Positions 11,723-23,470 of a stretch of DNA of 64,000 nt are shown here, one piece after another. Every line of letters starts with the position of its first letter. The first letter of the stretch is position 1. The DNA lies in NCBI RefSeq assembly GCF_004010195.1, contig NC_057716.1, forward strand, positions 10,846,064 to 10,910,063. Direction: 5' to 3'. The stretch is from Chiloscyllium plagiosum (Eukaryota). The position numbers were made by a program, and so were the translations under genes. The notes beneath the pieces were generated by a model. The model had not been told where the DNA came from and did not search any database. It was given only the letters and a program-made list of their open reading frames with translations.

Positions 11723-13340
11723 TATGGATATTGTCTATGTGGATTTGCTTAAGGCCTTCAAGAAGATTCTGCATGGTAGAGTGTTTAGCAAGGATAGATC
11801 AAATGGAGTCAGGGAGAGTTTGCCATTTGGATACAAAATTGACCCGAAGATAGGAGACAGAATGCGGTTGTTGAGATTTGCTTTTTGGACTGGAGGCCTG
11901 TCACCAATGGTCTACTGCAAGGTTCAATATTGGGTCCAATGCTTTTTGTCATATATATAACTGATTTGGATGTAAATATAAAGGATATGGTTAGTAACTT
12001 TGCAGATGATATGACAATTAATGGTATAGTGGACAGCAAAGAAGGTAATGTCATAGTGCAACCATAATCAGATTGGCAAATGGGCCAAGGAGTAGCAATT
12101 GGAGATTAATTTAGATAAATATGAGGTGCTGCATTTTGGGATGGCAAATCAGGACAGGGCTTACATGCTTCATGTTAAGGTCCTGAGGAGTGTTGCTGAA
12201 CAAAGAGACTTCAGAGTGCAGGTTCATATTTCGTTGAAAGTTGATTTGCAGATAAACAGGATAGTGGAGAAGGCGTTTGTTATACTTGCCTTTATTGCTC
12301 AGTGTATTGGGTAAAGGAGTTGGGTGGTTATACTGCGGTTGTGCAGGACGTTGGTTAGGCCACATTTGGAATATACCATTCAATTCTGTTCTCCCTGCCA
12401 TAATAAAGATGTTGTGAAACTTGAAAGGGTTAAGAGAAGATTTATAAAGATGTAGCCAGGGTTGGAAGATTTCAGCGATAAGGAGAGGCTGAATCAACTG
12501 GGGCTATATTTCGTGGAGCGTCAGAGGCTGAGGGGCAACCTTATAGAGGTTTATAAAATGATGAGGGGCATGGATAGGGTGAATAGTCAAGATTGTTTCC
12601 CCAGAGTAGAGGAGACCAAAACTAAAGGACATAGTTTAAATTGAGAGGGGAAAATTAAAAAGGGACCCAAGGGGCATCTTTTTCACACAGAGAGTGTGCG
12701 TATATGGAATGAACTGCAAGAGGAGATGGTGGAGACTAGTACAACATTTAAAAAGCGTCTGGATAGAAAAATGAATAGGAAAGGTTTAGAGGGATATGGG
12801 CCAAATGCTGGCAAATGGGACGAGATTAGTTTAGAATATCTGGTTAACATGGACAAGTTTGACCAAAGTGTAGCAGCCTCCTGAATAAAAACAGGGCTCA
12901 TCTACACACCTTTCTCTTGGAACCACTCTTGAAGTCATCTGAAACTTTCTGAGGAGACCAGCATAGTAAGAAGCAGAGACCAGCTGGCGATCCAGAGAAA
13001 GGGAGAGGGCAAAAGAAGCTTCACAGACCCAGAGATAGGACCATAGAGAAAGCAACTGCATCAATTTATAAGAGACTTGGAAAGTATTGTAATCTTAAGA
13101 GGCCAAATAAGATTGGGGATAGTATGTTTAGCATTAAAGATTATTGTAATTGTGTTTCTAATAAAGTGGGAATGTTTTGATTTGGTATCAGCTTGTGTCA
13201 TATTGATTTGACCATTTTGGTATTGTAGGTCCACCTGGCCAAATTCAGTCCTAATAATCTGGTCGGATTTATCTGTAACTCATTTAAAACAGAAAGGTCT
13301 GTTTTCATGCTGTCCATCTCTCTGACTCAAGGACTCTAAA
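11723..13340 (+). mobile_element. CR1 LINE 3' half, tail interrupted by a solo LTR
   Basis: QGSILGPMLF, FADD and RLRGNLIEVYK motifs; the 3' UTR breaks at 12868 and resumes at 13292. Confidence 0.9.
12869..13291. mobile_element. solo LTR inserted in CR1 tail
   Basis: TGTAGC...AAACA termini, near-TSD caaag/gaaag; splits the CR1 consensus gaccgaag|ggtctgttt. Confidence 0.6.
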
Positions 13341-15453
13341 GTTTTCAGGAAGTGAGAAAACAGCTCCCATCCTCTAAGATGTTGGCACAATATGATCCCA
13401 AATGAGATCTGGGATTAACATGCAATGCTCTCCCCTGTAGAGCTTAGGGGTTACATTAGCTCAGAGATGGCGCAATGGAGAGGGACACTCAATGCATCCA
13501 AGACTTTGGCTAATGTGCCCAGATAGAGTAGAAAGGATTGGCAGTCATATTTGGAGTCAGGAAAAGTTCCAACATTACCTTTATGAAAATTTGAAACAAT
13601 AACAGACAACAAAATCCTGCTAGGTCTACTTAAAGAGGGCAAGGCAGTGCCATCCATAGCTTCAGGCAAAATTCATCAGTTGACTCTAAGGTTAACTGCA
13701 TATAATTACAAGTTAGAACACTGTCTGGGAGGTCAAGTAGCAAACATGGATGCATTGAACTGCCTCCCACTGGCAGATAAAAAAACACATGGTACCACCA
13801 CTGGAAGAGTCCATAATGATGTTAAATTTTCTGGACACACTTCCAATCACAGCTGACAATGTCAGACATTGGACACAGAAAGATCAGCTCCTGACATATT
13901 AAAAATAGCTGGTGGTGATGCGAGAATCCAATGGATCCTGAGAGACAAGATCACTGTATATTCTTGTGGAAAACAAGAGGGATTGCCTTCAGCAATGGCC
14001 ACCATGAGATACTGGCTGAATACGATACTGGTCATCCAAGGGGTTTCCAAAATGAAGATATTGGTGAGAAATTATGCCAGGTGCCAAGATTTGGATACAG
14101 ACAGAGCCATGTTGGTGGGGCAGAGCCCAGAGTGCCATCACGGACAAAAATTACCACCAGCAGCTCTGCCACATTGTTGGGAATGGACGGGTAATCCCTG
14201 GACGCAGTTAGACATCAATTATGTTGGTGCATTCATGGACTCAACATCCTTAGTAATTGTGGGCGGCTACTCAAAATAGCTGGACATGCATAGTGTTCAT
14301 GCATAAAACACAGTGACAACAATACAAAAATTGCACACATACTTTTCGATACAGGGACTCCTGGAAGTGAGGTCACAGATCACTGGTCAGCATTTGCCAA
14401 CAAGAAATTTGAGTATTTGCTAAAGTCGATGGGATTCATCAGTTAAGGACAGCTTCATACCATCCATCATCCAATAGTCAGGCAAAAAGAGCAAGCTTTG
14501 AAGGTAGGCTTAAAGAAACAGCCTACTGCTTCATGAGATACAGAACTGCTCTGGTTTCTATTTGATTATAAGACTACCCCTCATGCAACTACAAGGATAG
14601 CTTCAATAGAGTTGCTAATGAGGAGAAGACTCCACATCAAGTTAAACCTGATCTTCCTGGACCTGGGGGGCAAGGTGAAATGGCAGCAGGTACGCCAATG
14701 ATGAAAACAAGACTCCACTAAGTGACAGACAGTTTACTTTAGGGGATGAAGATTGGTGTAGGAAACACGAGAATGACCCTGCATGAATAAGAGATGGTCG
14801 ACATGAGATCAGAAGCAGTTACATGCAAAGTTCAGGTCAGCGCAATGGTCCTGAACATAAGTGAACCATATGAAAGCTGCAAACTTGCAAATGGTGCAGG
14901 AACAAAGCATGCCCAGCTCCTCGACAGCCTTTCCGACTGTTTTGAAACCCATGGGTTTTCCCTCTTCCTCAGGTGTTGAAGACAGCTCAGAATCTGAGAT
15001 GGACACGGTGGATATTGCCACCTCAGCACCTTTGCTGTCTGAAGCAGAGAAATAATTTCTTCTGAGATGCTCCAGGTACAAGAGGTGAGCTACAGTGCAT
15101 TACACAGTGTATGTATCAGAGGCAGGGTTGGAGGAAGCTGACCCATTGATAAAACACCTCAGGAGAAACTATGAAATTAAGAACCGGCCGATATCCTCAG
15201 ACTCAGAGGGGGAGGGCTGTAGTGATTGTAACAAAGTCAGCCAAGTGACCATCATTGAATGTGAGTTCCCTGATTGAGGTTGTTAATCTGGTCCAATCAG
15301 AGAGCCCTGGCTGACAGATATAAACAGGGGTACCAAAGGTTCAGTTCACTCTGAGAGCTGGCTCTGAGGGAGCTGGATCAGTGTCAAGGATTCTCCATGT
15401 GTAAACAAAGGGTGATTTGGTGATTGGATACCAACCTCTGTGGAGGTATTACA
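13341..15453 (+). mobile_element. Gypsy (Ty3) fossil copy A: RNase H, integrase, PPT, 3' LTR (15218-15453)
   Basis: Integrase zinc-finger and core remnants (CHHGQKLPPAALPHCWEWTGNPWTQLDINY); PPT agagggggaggg at ~15205-15216; LTR TGTAGT...ATTACA with CCAAT and TATAAA. Confidence 0.9.
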
Positions 15454-15870
15454 TCTAGAACAGAAACATTGGAGCTGCTAGATCCCATACCTTGCAAAAT
15501 GCCTTCAGCCTCAAATTGGAAATAATCATTATTGAGGCAGGTCCAGCCTGGGTCTTGAACAGTTTCTCTCTTATTGACTGCAGAAACTCCAAAAACATCA
15601 GCAGTCGATGGTACTGATAGGCTATTCACAACGCTTCCTACTTGACCGTGGCATTTCCTAATTTTCTAATTACTAACTTTAAAGTTGATCCTGTCACTGA
15701 GACACTGTGGTAAAATACTCTCCATGAAGCCAACATCCAGCATTATTTTTAACCAATTTAATGAGGACCCACTAATAAGTGAACTGCAGAAGAAGACTGT
15801 GTAGCAGAGAATATGTTATTACGTTGACAAATATTTTTAACAAAATAACGTCACATGTTACAGACTCAGA

Positions 15871-16848
15871 CTAAAAGTCCCTCATGCGCCTGAAAGATCC
15901 GATAGTTGAGCTGTAGCCTCCATAGTCACTGTATCTCCTGTATTCACCGGGTCTCATAAAGTACTGTCGCCCTCTGTAGTTGGGATGCTCATAGAAGATC
16001 CAGTAACCGTCCATCACATGGCAGGAGTGGATGTAGACAGATGGACAGTCATCCATGAATTCCATCATCTGTCCTCCAAAGTCAGGCCTCTCATAAACCC
16101 TCATTCTGTAGGAGCCTCCTCGGTGCTGGAATGGACAGAAACAAAAGATTTGTGATGCAACTAAAAATATACCTACAATCGATGTAGGTGAGACTGGTGT
16201 GATATTTCGTGCATAATGACAGAATTATCAGTAAAAAATCTTAATGTATTTCTGGTTGCTCTTGTAGGTAGATTTTTTTTCAAGTGGGGCCAGCTTTCCC
16301 TTTTCTGTAACCTTTGCAATAGTTACAGTTAACTGAATGGGATGAATACAAATATCCCCATCGACAATTGGTACTGAGTCACATTTTAGACAACTTGACC
16401 TTGTTACATTCTGCAATGTCAATATGCAAATATGTCTTTCAGTTCGGAATATCTGATTTGTTATTCGTAAATGTTTCATTTATACCCCAGATGATCATCA
16501 GCTTTGCAACAAGTCAGTATATGCCGCATAACGATCTTCCCAGCTTGCACAATTATTTAGGAACTACCCACAAAACAAGTGATGTTACAAAGTGACAAGG
16601 GCAGTTGTTACCTTTTGGCAGCACTAGAAATGCAACTTAATGGATTGGGAATTGAATTTGCGCATGTGATTGTCCAATACCTATTACCGTTTCAAAGAAA
16701 ATTGAAGTCAAACCTGCGAAAATAAAGATCTCCTTTACACCTTATTCAGACAAACCCAAATGTTGAGTGCATTAATCATTACCTCAGTTTGATCAGAAAA
16801 TACAAACCACCAGAAATAACTTATGTATGGCTAAGTGCGACATGACCT
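15871..16848 (-). pseudogene. gamma-crystallin pseudogene 3 (exon 3 plus 24 nt of exon 2)
   Basis: Exon 3 16125-15871 has a 21-nt in-frame deletion (DRFRYRD lost) and DWG->DYG. Exon-2 remnant 16848-16825 has TAC->TAG and the donor is mutated GT->AT. The 5' part is replaced by a Penelope element at 16849. Confidence 0.9.
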
Positions 16849-17339
16849 TTAAACAAATCATTGTTTGCAGCAAACTGCCCAGCCTTCAGGACAACATGGA
16901 CCACAGCCGTGCAACCACTACAAGAGATGTGTCAGAGTGTCAACACAGATAAAGCCATTACACGTGGGGACACCACACAACGTGTACGTGGCCGGTACTC
17001 ATGTGATTTGGCCAACGTTGTCTATCTCATACACTGCAGGCAAGGATGCCCTGAGGCATGGTACTAGACCAAGCTGATGCAATGACAACGGATGAATGGA
17101 CACCGCATGACAGTCTCCAGACGGGGGTGTTCCCTGCCAGTTAGGGAATACTTCAGCAGTCAGCGACATTCTGCTTTGGGTCTTCAGGTGAACATCCTCT
17201 GAGGCGGACTTTGGGGCAGGTAACAACACAAAGTGGAGAGCAGAGGCTGATAGCCAAGTTCGGTACCCATGGGGATGGCCTCAACCGGGACCTTGGGTTC
17301 ATGTCACACTACAGGTGACCCCATTACACTACACCCTCT

Positions 17340-17612
17340 GTCTGTCTGTTCCTCTCTCTCTTTCACACACTCACACTCTTACACACTCACACACTCACAA
17401 GACCCTCTCTCATACACAAGCTGTCTCTCAAACACATACACCCCACACTCACTCTCACACAAACATCCTCTCACAGGCTTATGCCCCATTACACTCACGC
17501 ACACACTCAAGCTTTCACACACGCAAACACGCACTCTCTCACGTGCACTCACTCACACGCGCACACACGCACATGCTCATTCTCTCTCTCTCATGCATGC
17601 ACACACACACAT
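17340..17612 (+). repeat. degenerate (CA)n/(CT)n microsatellite tract
   Basis: Runs of cacacact/ctctct inside the Penelope 3' region. Confidence 0.85.
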
Positions 17613-18017
17613 ATAAGTCTATGGGGATGAGTTTGTATTTGCAGAATTATATTTGCAGATGCATTCTATTTTGTTCAAAAATGAACAATCTTCAGGCAGT
17701 CAATACATGTAATATTTTGTAAATTCCACTTTGGAAATAGAATCAGTCTAACTCAAGACTGAGATACAGACAGGCTCTAACCTCACATCTTTAATGCATT
17801 GTCTGAGTTGAGATGCCACATTTTGTAACAAAACTTTAAATTATCTTGAGAAGGTGACTTAAAAGAAGTCCTGGGATTTAAATATTCATGAACCAAAACC
17901 TGCAACCCATTCTAAAAGAAGAAAGACTTAACAATCCAGGTTTGTTCAATATATCACTGTATGATACTGTAATCTTTTGCTATAAATTCTGTGACTTATG
18001 ATCTTATATTCCACAAC

Positions 18018-18052
18018 CACCTGATGAAGGAGCAGCACTCTGAAAGTTAGTG
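18018..18052 (+). ncRNA. minimal type I hammerhead ribozyme (Penelope pLTR)
   Basis: CAC-CTGATGA-A-GGAG(cagca)CTCT-GAAA-G-TTA-GTG: stem I CAC/GTG, intact core boxes, stem II, NUH triplet UUA. Confidence 0.65.
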
Positions 18053-18103
18053 CTTACAAGTAACCCTGTTGGACTATAATCAGGTGTTCGGTGATTTTTA
18101 ACT

Positions 18104-18706
18104 AGGTTTAAGGTGAGAGGGGAAATTAGATTACTTCATTGAATTAGATTACTTACAGTGTGGAAACAGGCCCTTCGGCCCAACAAGTCCACACTGCCCC
18201 GCCGAAGTGCAACCCAACCATACCCCTACATTTACCCCTTACCTAACACTACGAGCAATTTAGCATGGCCAATTCACCTGACCTGCACATCTTTGGACTG
18301 TGGGAGGAAACCGGAGCACCCAGAGCAAACCCACGCAGACACGGGGAGAACATGCGAACTCCACACAGTCAGTCGCCTGAGGCGGGAATTGAACCCAGGT
18401 CTCGGTCGCTGTGAGGCGGCAGTGCTAACCACTGTGCCGCCGTGCCGCCCACTATTTAAAAGGGACCAATGGGGCAACATATCCATGCAGAGGGTGGTGT
18501 GTGTATGGAACAGATGAGGAGGTGGAGGCTGATACAATTACAACATTTGAAATACATTTGGAAGGGTATATGAAAGGGAAGCATTTAGCAGGATGTTGGT
18601 CAAATGCTGGCAAATGAGATTAGATGAATGTAAATATCTGGTCAGCACAGACGAGTTGGATCAATGGGTCTGTTTCATTGCTGTACAATCCTATGGCTTT
18701 ATGACT
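18104..18706 (+). mobile_element. CR1 3' end with nested SINE
   Basis: ggtttaaggtgagaggggaa...atttaaaaggga consensus split by the SINE; ends ctatggctttatgact. Confidence 0.85.
18127..18452 (-). mobile_element. tRNA-derived HE1-type SINE
   Basis: Minus strand GGGCGGCACGGCGGCACAGTGGTTAGCAC...GGGTTCAATTCC (A/B boxes), CR1-like 3' end and TAATC tail. Confidence 0.9.
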
Positions 18707-18856
18707 GTAACATCCTATCATCCTGTAAGGAGTTGGCACGAAATGATCACAAGCGAGATCTGGGATTGACATGCAATGCTTTCCCATACTGCATCAGGAT
18801 AGCATTACCTTAGTAGCATTTGTGTCCCCATAGAGAAGAAGTCCCAATAATGTATG
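18707..18856 (+). mobile_element. Gypsy fossil copy B/C, 5' piece (RNase H start)
   Basis: Homologous to ~13365-13495 and ~39555-39687; breaks at ...aataatgtatg and continues at ~26305. Confidence 0.75.
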
Positions 18857-19281
18857 AGTCATAGAGTCATACAGCACAGAAACACAGCTTTTGGGCAAAC
18901 CAGTCCATGCTGACCATAACCCCAAACTAGACTAGTCCCACCTGCCCACACTTGGCCCATACCCCTCCAAATATTTCTTAATCGTGTACTTATCCAAATG
19001 TTTTTTCAACATTGTAACTGTAACTGTATAGAGGGCTAGGCTATTGCTTATTGCCCATCGCGCATTACCCAGAGGTCAGTTGAGAAGCAATCACATTGTT
19101 GTGGGTCTGGAGTCTCATATCATCCAGACTAGATAAGGATGGCAGTTTCCTTCCCCAAAGGACATTACTGAACCAGATGGTCTTTTCCCCTGACAACTGA
19201 CAATGGCTTCATGAGACTCTTAATTCCACCTTCTGTCATGGTAGGATTCAAACTTAGGTCCCCAGATCATTGTTTAAGTCA

Positions 19282-19533
19282 TATAGTCATAGGATCATGG
19301 AGATGTACAGCATGGAAATAAACCCTTCGGTTCAACTCATCCATGCCCAGATATCCTAACCTAATCTAGTCCCATTTACCAGCACTTGGTCCACATCCCT
19401 CTAAAACCTTCCTATTCATATATCCATCCAGGTGCCTTTTAAATTTGGTAATTGTACCAGCCTCCACCACTTCCTCTGGCAGCTCATTCTATACATGCAC
19501 AACCCGTTCTGTGAAAATGTTGCTCTTTATGTC
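19282..19533 (-). mobile_element. CR1 3' end (left flank of ERV-like insertion)
   Basis: CR1 3' UTR; the consensus continues at 24231. Confidence 0.8.
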
Positions 19534-21684
19534 ATCCCATTTCCCCCCTCCGTTGAAGCAAAATGCTCAGAGACTCAGTGCAGTTTTACCTCCTTCATCT
19601 TTATTCCAGGCCCTGGAGGGAGAGAGAACAATCGCCCATGTACATAGGGGCATGAGTTCATGGTCTTCTCTGGAATAGCAGTTTTTCAATTAATGTATAG
19701 TCATTTTACAGGGAGGAGCATCCAGATAAGGCAACATACATATTGATTGGGTGATGGTTACAATCAGCGAGCATCAACAGTAAAGATTAAACCATCTGCT
19801 GTTACACAATGAATTTTCCTAACCCTGTTAACTGGCTTCACATAATGAATACTTTTCCCCTTGTTAAGTGATGTTGCATACTGAATGCTTTGGATATTGT
19901 TAAATGGCTCTATATAGTGAATGCTTTTCCACCTTGTTAACCCATTACCCTTGCCTGCAGCATCCCATTGTTAACTGTAAGTTCTTATCTGATCTGAGTC
20001 ATGCTCAGCTGAATCTCTTGTTTCACAAAACTCAGAACTTAACTCTTTCCCTGCCTGCTTATACCCTATGCACATTCTCATTCCTTCCTTTTATCATTTC
20101 ATGATAACCAATGGCATTACTAGCTTTCATAACACTCTGACAGCCTGTATTTAAGCAAGTTATTGACACACATCATACAATGATTATAACAACAAAAATT
20201 ACCATCTGTTACAGTAAATAGAATTTGAAGAATCCTTCAATGTGGAAAAAAAAATCACTAGTGAAGTTCTTAAATCCACAGTCCTTAGTGAACACTCCAT
20301 GCCCTCCAAATCGAGTGGAAACGAGCCAGTTCTCCAAAATTCTTCTTCAGTAAAGTCCAACCTGAAAACAAAATCCATTCTGTCCTTGCACACCACTCCA
20401 TGGAGAATCTGAATTCTTGGATAAGGGCAGTTATATACAACACAAGGCTGACAAGACTTCTATCCTTCCAAAGATGCTTCAGATGGAGGATACCAATGCA
20501 TCTGAGTATGCAGTGCAGCAGCTGCAGCAGCAGGCTAGGTGACTGCAGCATTCTTTGCTGCTTCTGATCCCGCTGTGCTGTTAAATGTAACAAAGCCAAC
20601 TGGCTGTTGTGATTTTAGCTTGATCAGTGAACCTTCATATCCCTTAAATGATCAAAAGACAAGGTAAAACTCACGTGGTTTAATGTCCGTAGGAAGGCCA
20701 CTGACAAAAAGCATACCTCTTCATTGTTGTTATTTTCTTCACTTTTTGTGCTCATGAATGGTGAGCTGATTGAATCCATTGAATCAGGTTATGGAGGGGT
20801 GGGTGGTGGTCTGAAGGTATGCTTTACCTGTGAATGGAGAAACTCTAGAGAAGATGTTAGCTGCTGAAAGTATCTTTGCGTTTCCTCTCTCATTCCTTCC
20901 TAGCCAAGGTATGAAGACAGTCTCACATTTAACAACACTAACTTGTGTCTGCTATTTCAACTTCCTTTAAATTCTTGAAGTCTGTTACTCTGTTCACTAT
21001 TCATCCCATTATCAAGTTTTATACAATCCAGAAACTTCTAAATTGTACTGCCTAAGCGAGTTAGTCAATTATAAACAATAATCATTGGTCCTAAAATCAA
21101 ATCCTCGGGTGCCTCCATCCAGGTTATTCAAAAATTATTTTCTTTTAGCAAATTGATACTTGGCTAATGTGAAAGCTATCAGGAAAAGTATTTCAAAAAT
21201 CTGGAACAAAAGGAAAACAACAAAATGTTTCCTGTGCTTTAGCAATTGAAGAGGCAGATTCAGTTCAGATTTGAATCTGAAATATTTGTGGGAAACAATT
21301 GCTGAATATATTAAAATATTTTCTCTAAATGAAACTTCCCAAATAAAACAATCAGAATGACATTGGCAACTGTGGTAGACATGATTCGGAGATGCCGGTG
21401 TTTAACTGGGGTGCACAAAGTCAAAAATCACACAACACCAGGTTATACTCCAATAGGTTTATAGAGTCATAGAGATGTACAGCATGGAAACAGACCCTTC
21501 GTTCCAACCTGTCCGTGCCGACCAGATATCCCAACCCAATCTAGTCCCACCTGCCAGCACACGGCCCATATCCCTCCAAACCCTTCCTATTCATATATCC
21601 ATCCAGATGCCTCTTAAATGTTGCAAATCTACCAGCCTCCACCACATCCTCTGGCAGCTCATTCCATACACGTACCACCCTCTG

Positions 21685-21827
21685 NNNNNNNNNNNNNNNN
21701 NNNNNNNNNNNNNNNNNNNNNNNNNNNNNNNNNNNNNNNNNNNNNNNNNNNNNNNNNNNNNNNNNNNNNNNNNNNNNNNNNNNNNNNNNNNNNNNNNNNN
21801 NNNNNNNNNNNNNNNNNNNNNNNNNNN
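21685..21827. other. assembly gap
   Basis: Run of N. Confidence 1.
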
Positions 21828-22093
21828 ATGTCCTGTACAGCCGCAACATGACCTCCCAACTCCTGTACTCAATACACTGACCAATAAAGGAAAGCATACC
21901 AAACGCCTTCTTCACTATCCTATCTACCTGCGACTCCACTTTCAAGGAGCTATGAACCTGCACTCCAAGGCCTCTTTGTTCAGCAACACTCCCTAGGACC
22001 TTACCATTAAGTGTATAAGTCCTGTTAAGACTTGCTTTCCCAAAATGCAGCACCTCACATTTATCTGAATTAAACTCCATCTGCCAGATAAAT

Positions 22094-22128
22094 CACCTGA
22101 TGAAGGAGCAGCACTCCGAAAGATAGTG
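22094..22128 (+). ncRNA. minimal hammerhead ribozyme (stem III mismatched)
   Basis: CAC-CTGATGA-A-GGAG(cagca)CTCC-GAAA-G-ATA-GTG. Confidence 0.55.
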
Positions 22129-22879
22129 CTTCCAAATAAACCTGCTGGACTATAACCTGGTGTTGTGTGATTTTTAACTTTGGGAGAGATCAACATTCTT
22201 TGAATTTGTAATATGAAAAGGGCCAATGAAGCCTTAACAATAATTAACAGAATTTAAACAGCTCAACCTCAAGTTCTGATATTCTCTAAAATCCGAACGA
22301 AACATCACACTCAAAATGCACTCTCTTTTTCTGAACACTCTGCATTAAAAACACAGCAGCAAAGATATTTTAACACAATACTCTCCTTTGGCTAAAGAAT
22401 GACCACTGACCCAACCGTTTTTTTTTTAAAACAGGCATTATAGAATTTCAGGACACTCAATCAATTTATTTTAAGGTTACAAGTTTGATAACTTAAAAGG
22501 ACGTAATGATGTAAAATTTCAATGTAAGAACAAAATCTGCCCCATTACACAGCCTGAAAAATACATTGAATTGAGATCCTGATTCAAACAAGGTAAAACA
22601 GTTACTTCAAAGGATTTTCTGAACCAGTATTTTAACAAACTAAAATTTTGAAACATCAAACACTCTCAGCATGGCACAATTTACACGGAAACTTTTCTTT
22701 TTCAACCCAAGTATTAGTACAACCTTAATTTCAGCGCTTCTTCAGTGTTTTTTTTTGCATCCTCTCACTGAAATTACCCTTATAAAAAGAGAAAGCCCTT
22801 GCAGCGGACCACTTGGCACTGCAATCCAAGCCACTCTCTTCCCTCAGAACGAATAGTCATAGAGCCTCAAATTTCACCA

Positions 22880-23470
22880 CTTGGGGACTTTAACCCCTTT
22901 CTTACTTTATTCCTCATGAGGACTCGAACCCCACTCAAACGCAAAGAACCCAAATACCACTTAAACGCAGAAAACTTGAACCCCGATTTAACACAGAAAA
23001 CCCGAACCCCAATTAAACACAGAGAGCTAGAACCTCACTTAAACACAGAGACCTCAAACCTAACTTAAACACAGAGAGCTTGAAGATCACTTAAACACAG
23101 AAAGCTCAAACCTCAGTGCAGTGCGGAGGATTTCAACCTCAAATCAACGCACCCAGTAGACCCGAACCGTAGTAACGCGCAGAGGACTCCAACCTCAATC
23201 GCACCCACCCAGGGGACATTAACCCCAGTACCATGCAGAGGACTCGAATCTCAATTACATCCACCCCAGGGGATTCAAACCCCAGTACCGCACAGAGGAC
23301 TTGAACTTCAATCACACCCACCCCAGGGGACTCTAACCCCAGTATCACATAGAGGACTTGAAGCTCAAACACGCCCACACCAGGGGACTCGAACCCCAGT
23401 ACCGCACAGAGGACTCAAACCTCAATCATACCCCCTCCCTCAAATACAACACAGCAGACTCAAACCTCTG
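22880..23470 (-). repeat. tandem array of GGTTCGAGTC(C) B-box/T-arm hairpins in the LTR-element leader
   Basis: ~8 units of ~26 bp (22918-23115) and ~5 units of ~57 bp, each with two motifs (23125-23425). Confidence 0.85.

Larger units (their letters stand above)
16849..18103 (+). mobile_element. Penelope-like element 3' part (GIY-YIG endonuclease plus pLTR)
   Basis: RVRGRYSCDLANVVYLIHCRQGCPEAWY is the GIY-YIG region; CA/CT-rich tract; terminal hammerhead at 18018-18052. Confidence 0.9.
21382..22180. mobile_element. inverted Penelope pLTR pair split by a CR1 (21463-22087)
   Basis: 21420-21462 is the reverse complement of ~22136-22178; the CR1 between them contains the N gap. Confidence 0.75.

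Noticed and set aside
14861-15055. Recurrent small ORF (PTVLKPMGFPS...SEMDTVDIATSAPLL) as a domesticated gene
   Set aside because: It is the Gypsy pol C-terminal tail; frames and ends differ among the four copies.
17269-17722. His/Thr-rich proteins (and Arg/Glu-rich ORFs at 35974-36436)
   Set aside because: Translations of (CA)n and (GA)n microsatellites.
18274-18452. tRNA genes at SINE heads
   Set aside because: A/B boxes are followed by SINE body and CR1-like tail, with multiple diverged copies.
21475-22080. Long ORFs spanning N
   Set aside because: Artefacts of the assembly gap within a CR1.
22880-23470. CRISPR-like or tRNA gene array
   Set aside because: Spacers are repeated rather than unique, the context is eukaryotic with no cas genes, and there is no acceptor, D or anticodon arm.
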